Shown: positions 44,428 to 54,143, counted from the first letter of the stretch. The stretch: DNA of 64,000 nucleotides from Candidatus Omnitrophota bacterium (GCA_016198905.1 JACQHR010000013.1:70153-134152); one strand, 5' to 3'. Notes: generated by a model not told the origin, from the sequence alone. A program made the numbers and translations.

Positions 44428-45966
44428 TCAATGGCGAAAGTGCCTGATGCCGGTCATGAGCATGGCGAGGTTCGCGCGATCCGCAGCCGCGATGACCTCG
44501 GCATCGCGGATCGATCCGCCCGGTTGAATCACGGCCGTGACTCCGGCCTTCGCCAAGAGCTCGAGGCCATCGGGAAATGGAAAGAAGCCATCCGACGCCG
44601 CGACCGTGCCGGCGCTCTTTCCGGCTGCCTTTTCGATCGCGAGCCGCACCGATCCTACGCGGCTGGGCTGTCCCTGCCCGATGCCCACGGTGGCGCGGTC
44701 GCGCGCCAACACGATCGCATTGGATTTGACGTGCTTCGCCGCCTTCCACGCAAAGAGCAGGTCGGCCTGCTCCTGAGGCGTGGGCTGACGTTTGGTGACC
44801 ACCTTGGGCGGATCGGACGCCAGCACGGTCCGATCCATGTCCTGCATGAGCCAACTGCCCAACAGCTGCCGCCATTCGCGTCCATCCACCCGCGCGCTCG
44901 GCCACTCGACGGTCACGACCCTCAGGTTCGGCTTCTTGCCGAAGAGGGCGACCGCCTGCGGCTCAATCGACGGGGCGAGCACGACCTCGAGGAACGTCGA
45001 GGTCAACTGCTGGGCCAGTGCTGCGTCCACCGGCTGATTGAACCCGACGATGCCGCCGAAGGCAGACTCGGCATCGCACGCATAAGCGCGCTCGTAGGCC
45101 TGGGATGGCGTGATCGCACTCGCCACTCCGCATTGGGAATTGTGCTTGATGATCGCGCACGTCGGTTCATCGAAATCCAGCAAACAACGCAACGCCGCGT
45201 CGATGTCCAACAGGTTGTTGTAGGAGAGCTCCTTGCCTTGGAGTTGGCTCAGCGTGCCAAGACCCCATGCCGGCCCGGCTGCCGGGGCATACCACACCCC
45301 CTGCTGATGCGGATTTTCTCCGTAGCGCAGAGGCTGGCGCCGACGAACATCGAGGGACACGTCATCCGCGCCGGTCCGGTTATTGGTCGGTGCAAGATAC
45401 GCCGCAATCGCCGTGTCGTAGCGGCTGGTCGTCTCGAACGCGCTCAACGCTAGCTGGCGCGCCAGCGGCTCTGGCAATTGTCCGCGGCTCTCGCGCAACG
45501 CCTGGATGACTGTGGGATATTGCTCCGTTCGGGAGACGACGCCCACGTGCGCAAAATTTTTCGCGGCAGCGCGCAGCAACGCGACACCGCCGATGTCGAT
45601 CTGCTCGATGGACTCCGCCAGCGTCACCCCGGGCTTTTGAATCGTGCGCTCAAACGGGTATAAGTTGACGACGACCAGATCGATCAGCCCCGCCGTCCCG
45701 ACGCTCTTCATGTGCGCCGGATCATCGCGCCGCGCGAGGATGCCCGCGTGAATCTTCGGGTGGAGCGTTTTGACGCGCCCATCGAGCTGCTCGGTGATGC
45801 CCGCGAAAGCTTCCACGCTCTTCACGCGCACGCCGTGCGTCGTGAGAAACTCCGCGGTCCCTCCGGAGGCAATAAGCTCGACGCCCAGGTCCGCGAGCCC
45901 TTGGGCAAAGGTCTCGAGCCCGGTCTTATCGTGGCAACTCAATAACGCGCGTTTGATGGTGATCAT
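44428..45966 (-). CDS. purH: bifunctional AICAR transformylase / IMP cyclohydrolase
   Basis: 512 aa. [24 protein letters not shown] and QPGGSIRD motifs. Confidence 0.95.
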   Translation of the reverse strand: MITIKRALLSCHDKTGLETFAQGLADLGVELIASGGTAEFLTTHGVRVKSVEAFAGITEQLDGRVKTLHPKIHAGILARRDDPAHMKSVGTAGLIDLVVVNLYPFERTIQKPGVTLAESIEQIDIGGVALLRAAAKNFAHVGVVSRTEQYPTVIQALRESRGQLPEPLARQLALSAFETTSRYDTAIAAYLAPTNNRTGADDVSLDVRRRQPLRYGENPHQQGVWYAPAAGPAWGLGTLSQLQGKELSYNNLLDIDAALRCLLDFDEPTCAIIKHNSQCGVASAITPSQAYERAYACDAESAFGGIVGFNQPVDAALAQQLTSTFLEVVLAPSIEPQAVALFGKKPNLRVVTVEWPSARVDGREWRQLLGSWLMQDMDRTVLASDPPKVVTKRQPTPQEQADLLFAWKAAKHVKSNAIVLARDRATVGIGQGQPSRVGSVRLAIEKAAGKSAGTVAASDGFFPFPDGLELLAKAGVTAVIQPGGSIRDAEVIAAADRANLAMLMTGIRHFRH

Positions 45967-45971
45967 GTGGA

Positions 45972-46784
45972 TTATGTGTTATTCAATTCGGTTCGCACGA
46001 GCGTGCGAAACGCGTGCAGGAGGCGCTTCGACACCGGGCCGGGGCGTCCGGTTCCGATCGCCCGCCCATCAATCCTCGTCACCGGTAAGACGTCTTTCAG
46101 CGTGCTCGTCAGAAACGCCTCCTCGGCATTATACAAATCGTGCCGCGTCAGCGGCGTTTCGCGAATGGGCAGGCGCAACGACGCCGCGAGCTCAAAGAGC
46201 ACGTCGCGCGTGATGCCCGCCAACAATCCTAACCAGCATGGCGGCGTCAGGATCGTCCCGCGCGAGACGATGCCGAGATTGCTGGCCGTGCTCTCGGTCA
46301 CCGAGCCCATCGCATCCATGAAGAGCGCTTCATCGACGTGGCGCAATTGCGCATCCGCCACCGCCATCACGCTGCCCAGCCGGGCCGAGTATTTCGCCTG
46401 CGGATCAATCGATGCGACCGAAAATTTTCTCGCCGGCACCACGGCCAAACGAATTCCACGCGCGTAGGCTAAAGGCGGCGGTAACGTCGCCGCCCGCACG
46501 ACGATGCTCGGATACGCCTCGCCGTCGGGTTCCACCATCAGCGCGATCCTCACCACCGCCTCCTTCAATCCTGAACGGGCCAGGGCCGTGATGAGTTTGT
46601 GCCGCAGGATGCGCCGCGGCATCTGAAAGGGCGTGCTCAAATATGTCACGGAAGCATCAAGGCGATCCAAGTGGTCGTCGAGCCTGAAGATGCGGCCGCG
46701 ATAGGCGCGCATCGTTTCAAAGCAACCGTTGGCGCCGGTTTCACGCGGCAGCAGGCGCTGGCGAGGGTCAGCGAGCAACGGCAT
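45972..46784 (-). CDS. pabC: aminodeoxychorismate lyase / class IV aminotransferase
   Basis: Fold-type IV PLP pattern (FETMRAY..., GITR). Sits downstream of pabB. Start could be 46784, 46802 or 46904. Confidence 0.7.
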   Translation of the reverse strand: MPLLADPRQRLLPRETGANGCFETMRAYRGRIFRLDDHLDRLDASVTYLSTPFQMPRRILRHKLITALARSGLKEAVVRIALMVEPDGEAYPSIVVRAATLPPPLAYARGIRLAVVPARKFSVASIDPQAKYSARLGSVMAVADAQLRHVDEALFMDAMGSVTESTASNLGIVSRGTILTPPCWLGLLAGITRDVLFELAASLRLPIRETPLTRHDLYNAEEAFLTSTLKDVLPVTRIDGRAIGTGRPGPVSKRLLHAFRTLVRTELNNT

Positions 46785-48243
46785 CGGCCTGTGTCGAGAC
46801 ATCGGCTGTAACAGCCAATGCACGAATGAGGGCTTCGGCTTTCGCAAGCGTTTCGGCGTATTCGCGCTCGGGCATGGAATCCGCGACAATCCCCGCCCCG
46901 ACATGGAAGGAGACGTGCCGATCCCTGAGCACTATGGTCCGGATCGCAATATTCAGATCCATCGTGCCATCAAAACCAAGATACCCGAGGGAGCCGGTAT
47001 ACACGCCGCGCGCCACCGGCTCGAGCGCTCGCAGAATCTGCATGCACCGCACCTTGGGACATCCGGTGATCGTGCCGCCGGGAAACACTGCGCGGATGAC
47101 GTCAACCGGGTCGACGCCGCGGCGCAGCACTCCGGAGACATCCGAGACGATGTGGATCACGTGCGAATACGCTTCGAGCGTCATGAGCTCACTCACCGAG
47201 ATCGATCCCGTCCGGCACATTCGGCCGAGGTCGTTGCGCGCCAGGTCCACCAGCATGATGTGCTCGGCCCGTTCTTTTTCGCTGACGAGCAGTGCCAGGC
47301 TATTCGCGAAATCCTCGTCGGGTGTGGCGCCGCGGGGCCGCGTGCCTGCGATGGGCCGCGTATCGACGCGCCCCTCCTGCACGCGCACGAGGCGTTCCGG
47401 CGAGCAGCTGACAATGGACACGCGCTCCCCTGAAAGAAAACAGGCAAACGGCGATGGATTGATGCGACGCAGCCGATCATACAGCGTCCGCGGATCCGCA
47501 GGCCACGACGTCGTGAAGCGCTGGGCGACGTTCGCTTGAAAGATGTTCCCGGCACGGATATGGTCCAGGGCATCCGAGACCATCGTCTCAAACTCCCGCG
47601 GCGTGCTGGTCGGATGCAGCGTTGGCACATCATGGCACGCGAGGAATGTGGTAGGCGTGGGTGTCGTCCGAGTCACGTGCTCCTCAAGCCATTCAAGCTT
47701 CTCAAGCGCCTCCCGCTTCGCCAGCGACGCTGGACGATGCGGGTCCACCACACTCAGCAGCCAGGTGCGTTGATCGAGATGATCCACGAGCACGATAGCG
47801 CGCATCGCGTACCACAGCATGTCCGGCACCTCGCCCCACGCCGGTTGCGGCTCCGGCATGCGCTCGATCCACTGATTCATTTCGTATCCGAGATAGCCCA
47901 TGAGACCGATCGCGCGGACGTAGGGCTGCGATCGCGCCGGAGCGCGGTAGCGCCCCATGATCTCGCGCAGGGCGTCCAACGGATTGGCTCGCCGCACGTG
48001 GGTCGCGGCACTCGTGCGCACCTCGACCCGATCGCGGCGCGCGACGCACGTCAGCCAGGGATCGCAGCCGAGCATCGACCAGCGGCCGGTCACCGCATGC
48101 CGGCGCGCACTGTCACACCAGATCACCGGCATGGTCGACGGAAGGGAGTGGAGCATCGGTTGCAGGTCCGGCGTGCCGTCAACGGCTTGAAGGATGACGG
48201 TGAGCGGGCCGTGATGAATCGTTGCGGCGGGCGATCGGCGCAT
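46768..48243 (-). CDS. pabB: aminodeoxychorismate synthase component I (anthranilate synthase I family)
   Basis: 491 aa. SPERLVRV, FPGGTITGCPK and GSLGYLGFDG motifs. Confidence 0.85.
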   Translation of the reverse strand: MRRSPAATIHHGPLTVILQAVDGTPDLQPMLHSLPSTMPVIWCDSARRHAVTGRWSMLGCDPWLTCVARRDRVEVRTSAATHVRRANPLDALREIMGRYRAPARSQPYVRAIGLMGYLGYEMNQWIERMPEPQPAWGEVPDMLWYAMRAIVLVDHLDQRTWLLSVVDPHRPASLAKREALEKLEWLEEHVTRTTPTPTTFLACHDVPTLHPTSTPREFETMVSDALDHIRAGNIFQANVAQRFTTSWPADPRTLYDRLRRINPSPFACFLSGERVSIVSCSPERLVRVQEGRVDTRPIAGTRPRGATPDEDFANSLALLVSEKERAEHIMLVDLARNDLGRMCRTGSISVSELMTLEAYSHVIHIVSDVSGVLRRGVDPVDVIRAVFPGGTITGCPKVRCMQILRALEPVARGVYTGSLGYLGFDGTMDLNIAIRTIVLRDRHVSFHVGAGIVADSMPEREYAETLAKAEALIRALAVTADVSTQADAVAR

Positions 48244-48311
48244 GACACGTTATTCTAACACAGGCCTGTGGCGTTTGGGAGGAGCGCTGGCAGGACGCCG
48301 TGAGGGTGCAA

Positions 48312-48878
48312 TCAGAACCGAATGAGCAGGAGCTTCTCTTTGATCAACCTGATGTGCGCCTTCATGGTGGCGATTTCCTGATCGACCCGGGCTGCGTCGC
48401 GCAAGAGCTCGTTGATCTGCGCATCGTTCTTCGCGCGGTCCCGATCGGTCCAGACGTTCTCGGCGGCTTTCGCGGCTTTGCGCAATTGCGCGATCTGGCG
48501 GCCGAGGGTGGCTCGCTGCAGCTGCTTGGCCCGCAATTCTTCGGCGGCGCGAGCGAGCGCGCTCGAGAGCGTTGTTTGTTCCGGCTCCATCCCCTTCTTG
48601 ATCTCAGCGGTCCGGATCTTGACGTTGGCTGCGGTGACCGCCAAATCCCTGCGCAGCTGGGCGATGCTCTGCTCCACCGTCGTCTTCTTGAGGGCGAGCT
48701 TGCGCTCTTCGGTTTCGATGCGACCGGCCAGATGCCGATACTTCTCCAGCACGGAAGAAAATTCCGGGTCGTCCTTGAGGACGTCTTTGGAGAGCTGTTC
48801 GCGATTGACCGGGCTGCAGCCGGCGAGGACAACGCACACGCCCAGCGCCATCATCACGCCGTCAGAGCTACGTCGCAT
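48312..48878 (-). CDS. coiled-coil lipoprotein, hypothetical
   Basis: VVLAGC lipobox, followed by a heptad-rich region. Confidence 0.5.
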   Translation of the reverse strand: MRRSSDGVMMALGVCVVLAGCSPVNREQLSKDVLKDDPEFSSVLEKYRHLAGRIETEERKLALKKTTVEQSIAQLRRDLAVTAANVKIRTAEIKKGMEPEQTTLSSALARAAEELRAKQLQRATLGRQIAQLRKAAKAAENVWTDRDRAKNDAQINELLRDAARVDQEIATMKAHIRLIKEKLLLIRF

Positions 48879-48909
48879 GTGCCGTTGATCGCTCGCTATG
48901 GTGTGTGCT

Positions 48910-48944
48910 CACAAAAACTCCGCACCCACTTAGCACAGGTGCGG
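48910..48944 (-). terminator. intrinsic terminator after kamA
   Basis: Minus-strand read: CCGCACC-tgtgctaagtg-GGTGCGG followed by AGTTTTTGTG. Confidence 0.6.
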
Positions 48945-48969
48945 GGCGTGCCGCCCGTGCCAACCGGCG

Positions 48970-50145
48970 TTATCGAATGAGCGCGTACGACGGTTCGATC
49001 GAGGCCGTCCGCGCGCCATTGCCGTTGGCCGATTCCTCTCGATACGTAAACGTCTTGCCGGCGAAGTTGCGCAGCGTCCACACCCCATCCTTGACGCTGA
49101 CGACGTAGTTCGGCATGAGCGGAATCTTGCCGCCGCCGCCCGGCCCATCGACGACAAACGTCGGCACCGCATAGCCCGTCGTGTGCCCGCGCAGCTTCTC
49201 GATGATCTGAAGGCCGGCTGAGACCGGCGTGCGGAAGTGCGCCGTCCCCTTCACCGGATCGCACTGATAGATGTAGTAGGGCCGCACGCGGGTTTTCAGC
49301 AGCTCATGGAACAGTTTCTTCATGATCGCCGGCCGGTCGTTGAGGCCCTTCATCAGCACCGTCTGCGAACCGAGCGGCACCCCGCTGTCGGCGAGCATGC
49401 CGCACGCTTTCCGCACCGGCGGTGTCACCTCTTTCGGGTGATTGAAGTGCACGCTCATCCAGATCGGTTTGTGCTTGCGCAGCACCGCGCACAGCGGCTC
49501 CGTGATGCGATACGGCAGGGTCACCGGATTGCGCGTGCCGATGCGCACGAACTCCACATGCGGGATCGCTTTGAGTTTCGTCAGGACTTCATCGAGGCGT
49601 TCATCGGAGAGCGTGAGCGGATCACCGCCCGAGATCAGCACATCGCGAATCTTACGGTGCGCCCTGATGTAGTCGATCGCCGCGTCGATGTTGGCCGGGC
49701 GGCTGTAGCCGGCGGTCGTGCCGACCACCCGGCTGCGCGTGCAGAAGCGGCAGTACATCGAGCAGACTTCCACGACGAGCAGCAGCACGCGATCCGGGTA
49801 GCGATGCACCAATCCCGGCACCGGCATATGGCTGTCCTCGCTTAGCGGGTCGATCATGTCGTTCGGGCTCAGCTTGTACTCATCCTCGACGGGCACCGCC
49901 TGGCGACGAATCGGACACGTGGGATCGTCCGCATCCATGAGGGCGGCCCAATACGGTGGAATACCCATGATGAAGCGGCCCGACTTGCGCGTCACCGCAT
50001 TGCGTTCCGATGAGGTCAGACGAATGACCTGCTGTAAGTGCTCCACCGTCTGAATCCGGTTGGCCATCTGCCACCGGTACGTTTCCCACTGCTCCAAGGG
50101 AACGTCTTTCCACAGGGGAATTCGCTGATAGGCTTCCACGCTCAC
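48970..50145 (-). CDS. kamA: lysine 2,3-aminomutase (KamA family radical SAM)
   Basis: CSMYCRFCTRS radical-SAM motif, YIYQCD and VVDGPGGGGK. Start placed at GTG 50145, 7 nt after AAGGAGGG (ORF track 50259). Confidence 0.85.
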   Translation of the reverse strand: MSVEAYQRIPLWKDVPLEQWETYRWQMANRIQTVEHLQQVIRLTSSERNAVTRKSGRFIMGIPPYWAALMDADDPTCPIRRQAVPVEDEYKLSPNDMIDPLSEDSHMPVPGLVHRYPDRVLLLVVEVCSMYCRFCTRSRVVGTTAGYSRPANIDAAIDYIRAHRKIRDVLISGGDPLTLSDERLDEVLTKLKAIPHVEFVRIGTRNPVTLPYRITEPLCAVLRKHKPIWMSVHFNHPKEVTPPVRKACGMLADSGVPLGSQTVLMKGLNDRPAIMKKLFHELLKTRVRPYYIYQCDPVKGTAHFRTPVSAGLQIIEKLRGHTTGYAVPTFVVDGPGGGGKIPLMPNYVVSVKDGVWTLRNFAGKTFTYREESANGNGARTASIEPSYALIR

Positions 50146-50170
50146 CGTGCTCCCTCCTTTATCCGCCGTC

Positions 50171-51280
50171 TCATGGAGCGACCGGGCTTGCCACAAGCCG
50201 ATTCGCTGATGCGGGCTCCTGAGCGGGGACGCTCCCATCATCGCGCGTGGTCCCGGCACATGCCGGCCGCGCCGTCTGGGAGGTCTGGCTGTAGCGGGCC
50301 GTGGCCAATTCCACGATCCGCTGAATCAGCGCATGATGAGAAAGTCCTGCCGCCGTGGTCATCGCCGTAAAGTTGCTATCAAGCGGACTTAAACCCGGCA
50401 AGGGATTGACTTCCAACACGAATGGCGTGCCATCAGCACGGAGTCGAATGTCGGTCCGAGAAAAATCGGCGCAGCCCAGCGCGCGATGCGCGCGACGCGC
50501 CATCTCGTGCACGCGTGCGGCCATCTGCGCATCCAACCGCGCAGGACAATGAAATGCCGGAGCCAGGCCCAGCGACGCGTCGCCCTGAAATTCCTTCATG
50601 CGCCACGAGTAGAAGAACTCGCCCGACCCTTTGCACGGCGAGAAATCGATTTCCAGGATCGGCAGCGCGTCATCGCCAATCATGCCGACGGTGAGTTCCG
50701 TCCCGTCGACGAACTCTTCCACGAGCACTTCTTGATGGTACCGCTCGTAGATGCGCGCGACTTGCCGGCGCAGCGAGGCTTCATCCCCCACGACGCTCTC
50801 GCGCCAAATCCCCTTGCTGGAGCCTTCGCGGTTGGGTTTCACAATCAACGGAAACCCCAATCGCGTATTGAGTCGTGTCGTCGGCGTCGGAAACAACTGC
50901 CATGAGGGCGTCGGGATGCCTTCGGAGACGAGAATCTGCTTGGTCTTGGCTTTATCGAGGGCGAGGGCGAGGGTCACGCTGTTGGAACCGGTGTAGGGCA
51001 CGCCCAGCGATTCGAGGATCGCGGGCACTTGCGATTCGCGATGCTGTCCGTGGGTGCCTTCGGCGATATTGAAGACGAGATCGACGGTGTGAGTGAGGAA
51101 CCACTCCGACAGCTGCGCCGTGGCTTCGACGAGGCTGACGGTATGCCCGCAGGCGCGCAGGCTGCCGACGATCGTATCGATCGTCTTCTGGGTGTCGAAC
51201 TCCGAATCTCCATCAAGGCATCCCTCCCCCGAGGAGCGTTCGCGTTTGAGGTTGTAGGCTAGCGCGATGGAGTAGCTGAT
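50171..51280 (-). CDS. D-alanine--D-alanine ligase family ATP-grasp protein (paralog 2), non-canonical start
   Basis: The ORF track starts at GTG 51028. However, the same frame upstream encodes LAYNLKRE...VDLVFNIAEGTHGQHRESQ, which aligns to the N-terminus of paralog 1. No ATG, GTG or TTG is available there. A candidate ATC at 51280 follows GAGGG. Confidence 0.6.
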   Translation of the reverse strand: MSYSIALAYNLKRERSSGEGCLDGDSEFDTQKTIDTIVGSLRACGHTVSLVEATAQLSEWFLTHTVDLVFNIAEGTHGQHRESQVPAILESLGVPYTGSNSVTLALALDKAKTKQILVSEGIPTPSWQLFPTPTTRLNTRLGFPLIVKPNREGSSKGIWRESVVGDEASLRRQVARIYERYHQEVLVEEFVDGTELTVGMIGDDALPILEIDFSPCKGSGEFFYSWRMKEFQGDASLGLAPAFHCPARLDAQMAARVHEMARRAHRALGCADFSRTDIRLRADGTPFVLEVNPLPGLSPLDSNFTAMTTAAGLSHHALIQRIVELATARYSQTSQTARPACAGTTRDDGSVPAQEPASANRLVASPVAP

Positions 51281-52290
51281 AGAACCCTCGTTTCGTTGCG
51301 CGGGAGTAACCCATAGCGCATGAGAGCCATGTCGAGAATCCGATTGATCGTCTGGTAGTGGGTCGTCCCCCGCGTCTTCGCAATGAAGGTAAAGACGTCT
51401 TCGGTCGAGAGCGACGGCAGCGGATTGATCTCCAGCACATAGGGATTCCCATGTCGGTCCACGCGAAAATCTACGCGGCCAAAATCACGGCAGTCAACGG
51501 CTTGATAGGTGCGCAAGGCGAGGTCTTGCATGCGTTTGGCGAGCGTCTCAGGAATGGGCGCGGGGCAGATGTAGTCGGCCCCCGCGCGCAAATAGGCGAA
51601 CGTGAAAAACTTCCGGCCCAGATCCGTTTGCCCATCAAGGGCGATCTGGACCACGGGATACGCCTCCGGGTGCTCATTGCCAATAATGGCGACGGTGAAT
51701 TCTTTGCCCTCGATGAATTCTTCAATGAAGATCGACGAGCGTTTGTAGGTCTCGCCGAGCCATTGCACCTGGCGTCGCAGCTCCTCCGGCGTGTTGACGA
51801 GCGATTTTTCGCTCAAACCCTTGCTCGAGCCTTCGCAGCGCAGCTTCACGATGAGCGGATAGCGCAGATCGGTCTTCCACAATTTTTCCTGATCCGCCAC
51901 TTCAAAGTAGCGGGGCGTGGGAATGTCTTCTGCGATGAGGACTTTCTTCGTCAGCACCTTGTCCAGCGTCAATCCCAGCGTCAGCCCATCGGCTCCGACG
52001 AAGGGAATGCGCAGCATCTCAAGCAGAATGGGCACTTGCGATTCGCGGTTGCGGCCCTCGTAGCCTTCGGCGATATTGAAGACGATGTCGACCTCGAGCT
52101 TGCCTCGGTGCTCGAGCAACTGCCGCGCATTGCCGATGCGGATGACGTCGTGGCCATTGCCGCGAAACGCTTTCTCAATATGATTGATCGTGTCCTCGTG
52201 ATCGAGCTCCGCGTTGAGATCCGGCGGATCGCCCGGTCGCAAGACGACCTCGCTTTTCACGTTGTAGGTTAAGCCCACGCGAAACCCCAT
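51259..52290 (-). CDS. D-alanine--D-alanine ligase family ATP-grasp protein (paralog 1)
   Basis: Start placed at MGFRVGLTYNVK behind GGAGTGAGG. IVKLRCEGSSKG, EEFIEGKEFTVAIIG and GRVDFRVD...VLEINPLPS motifs. Confidence 0.8.
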   Translation of the reverse strand: MGFRVGLTYNVKSEVVLRPGDPPDLNAELDHEDTINHIEKAFRGNGHDVIRIGNARQLLEHRGKLEVDIVFNIAEGYEGRNRESQVPILLEMLRIPFVGADGLTLGLTLDKVLTKKVLIAEDIPTPRYFEVADQEKLWKTDLRYPLIVKLRCEGSSKGLSEKSLVNTPEELRRQVQWLGETYKRSSIFIEEFIEGKEFTVAIIGNEHPEAYPVVQIALDGQTDLGRKFFTFAYLRAGADYICPAPIPETLAKRMQDLALRTYQAVDCRDFGRVDFRVDRHGNPYVLEINPLPSLSTEDVFTFIAKTRGTTHYQTINRILDMALMRYGLLPRNETRVLSATPSR

Positions 52291-52320
52291 CCTCACTCCG
52301 TGCTCACCGACGGTAGACAC

Positions 52321-52349
52321 AAAGAAAAGGACCCCGCTCGTCGGAGTCC
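52321..52349 (-). terminator. terminator-like hairpin + U tract inside the operon leader (candidate attenuator)
   Basis: Minus-strand read: GGACTCCG-acga-GCGGGGTCC followed by TTTTCTTT, about 30 nt upstream of the start codon. There is no upstream same-strand gene to terminate. Confidence 0.5.
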
Positions 52350-52568
52350 CTGGTCACGATCGCTGAGTTGTTTCAACGGTGACGCGCCAGTCCTCAAATC
52401 ATCCGTCGCGATCCGCCACAGACCGCGCGGGCATCGAAAGGCCGAATCACCATCACGTGTGCGTTCATTGACACTATAGTTCGTACCATACCCCACCAAC
52501 CCTGTCAAGCAATTGTCATGCATCACGAAGTTGTGTTATAGTTGACGACCATCAACGGAGGCATCGCC

Positions 52569-53222
52569 ATGGGCACGCTCGTCCTCATTCGTCACGGCCA
52601 ATCGCAATGGAATCTCGAGAACCGTTTCACCGGCTGGGTCGACATTCCGCTCACCGATGCCGGCCGAGAGGAAGCGCGGCGCGGCGCTGAACTCATCCGT
52701 GGCATGACGTTCGACCGCGCCTTTACGTCGGTCCTGCAGCGCGCGCAAGAAACGTTGCGCATCGTCCTCAACACCATCGGCCAACCCACCGTCCCTGTTG
52801 AAGCCGATCAAGCGCTCAACGAGCGGCACTACGGCGCCTTGCAAGGGTTGAACAAAGCCGAGACCGCGCAGAAATACGGGGACCAACAAGTCAAAATCTG
52901 GCGCCGCAGCTACGATGTTCCTCCGCCCAACGATCGCACGCCGATGAATCCCGACGGCATGAGCGAAAGCCTCAAAGACACCGCCGCTCGCACGCTGCCT
53001 TACTTCAACGCGAAGATCCTGCCGCTCGTGAAAGCGGGCAAGACGATTCTCGTGGCCGCGCACGGCAACAGTTTGCGCTCCATCGTCATGGACCTCGATC
53101 ATCTGACGAAAGAGCAAGTCCTCGAACTCAACATCGCCACCGGGGCCCCGATCATCTACGAGATCGACGCCAACGGCCGCGTCCTCAGCAAGAAAGTCCA
53201 CGAGCTTGCTCCTCAGAAGTAA
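52569..53222 (+). CDS. gpmA: 2,3-bisphosphoglycerate-dependent phosphoglycerate mutase
   Basis: Start at [15 protein letters not shown] behind GGAGG. RHG and AAHGNSLR motifs. Confidence 0.9.
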   Translation: MGTLVLIRHGQSQWNLENRFTGWVDIPLTDAGREEARRGAELIRGMTFDRAFTSVLQRAQETLRIVLNTIGQPTVPVEADQALNERHYGALQGLNKAETAQKYGDQQVKIWRRSYDVPPPNDRTPMNPDGMSESLKDTAARTLPYFNAKILPLVKAGKTILVAAHGNSLRSIVMDLDHLTKEQVLELNIATGAPIIYEIDANGRVLSKKVHELAPQK

Positions 53223-53230
53223 TTCCGTGT

Positions 53231-53318
53231 AGCACACAGCACTAAGCACAAAGCACACAGAACGATTACCTTAACTCTGTGTACTGTCTGCTTTGTGCTT
53301 TGTGCTTTCTGCTGCTCT
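53231..53318. repeat. inverted heptad arrays (AGCANNN)x4 / (NNNTGCT)x5
   Basis: agcacac agcacta agcacaa agcacac ... gtgtact gtctgct ttgtgct ttgtgct ttctgct, between convergent gpmA and ogg. The right arm lies in the last ogg codons. Confidence 0.6.
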
Positions 53319-54143
53319 TAGGTTTCTCACATAGTGATACAAATACTGCTGCGCATAGCCGGCGTACGGGCCGAAGTGGCGCCGCGCGTACTCGTGCAAA
53401 CCCTTGCGCGTCATCTTCCGGTGCCGGAAGTAGTAGCGCATCGCGCGCTCCATCCACACGTCAATCGGAAACGCCTCGTACTTCTCAAAGCCAAACAGGG
53501 CCACGCAGTCCGCCACCTTATCGCCCACGCCTTCGCATCCGAGTAGCGCGCGTTTCGTCGTCTCGTAGTCCACGCGTCGCAGATGGTCGGTGGGGAGTTT
53601 GCCTTCAGCGACGAGGCGAGCCGTCGCTCGCAGATACGGCGCGCGATAGCCCAGCCCGAGGCTGCGCAGCGAGCGCTCCGGCACGCGTGCGAGCCGCTCG
53701 GCGGTCGGAAAACTAAACCCGCGGAACCCGTTCAGGGCCACCGGCTCACCATACGCTTGGCACAAGCGCTCGATCATGCCTTCAATGCGCTTGATGTTGT
53801 TGAACGACGCGCAGATGAACGAGGCGAGCGTTTCCCATCCATCCTGACGCAGCACGCGCAGGCCGCGATAGCGCATGATCGCCTGATGGACTTGGATGTC
53901 GACGTTGATCGAGGAGAGAATCTCGGGCAAGTTCAAATCAAGAGCGAAGTAGTCGCTGATCCGATTGGGGGTGAGCGCCGGATCAGAGGATTCGCAGAAC
54001 AGCCGGTCACCGTCTTGCCGGACCTTCAGGACGCTGGAGCCGATGAAGCCGTAGGCCCACCCATCATGCTCGGTCCATCGGAAGGCTTGACCGGAGGTGA
54101 GGGTCGCACGGAGCGAGAAATCTGCGGCGGGAACTTCAATCAT
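53271..54143 (-). CDS. 8-oxoguanine DNA glycosylase / HhH-GPD family N-glycosylase
   Basis: 290 aa. SGQAFRW N-domain and the HhH-GPD region LLGCEGVGDKVADCVALFG...PIDVW. Confidence 0.75.
   Translation of the reverse strand: MIEVPAADFSLRATLTSGQAFRWTEHDGWAYGFIGSSVLKVRQDGDRLFCESSDPALTPNRISDYFALDLNLPEILSSINVDIQVHQAIMRYRGLRVLRQDGWETLASFICASFNNIKRIEGMIERLCQAYGEPVALNGFRGFSFPTAERLARVPERSLRSLGLGYRAPYLRATARLVAEGKLPTDHLRRVDYETTKRALLGCEGVGDKVADCVALFGFEKYEAFPIDVWMERAMRYYFRHRKMTRKGLHEYARRHFGPYAGYAQQYLYHYVRNLRAAESTKHKADSTQS

Noticed and set aside
48970-50145. Alternative call as glutamate 2,3-aminomutase or EpmB
   Set aside because: Both acidic residues associated with lysine epsilon-amino binding are retained (QCD and VVDGPGGGGK). 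No epmA or efp gene is adjacent. Alignment is still needed to be certain.
52291-52500. Lysine (L-box) riboswitch or T-box assignment for the operon leader
   Set aside because: I could not find the conserved L-box helices or the T-box sequence by eye (only a weak tggtacgaac resemblance in the wrong position). It is left as an unclassified leader.
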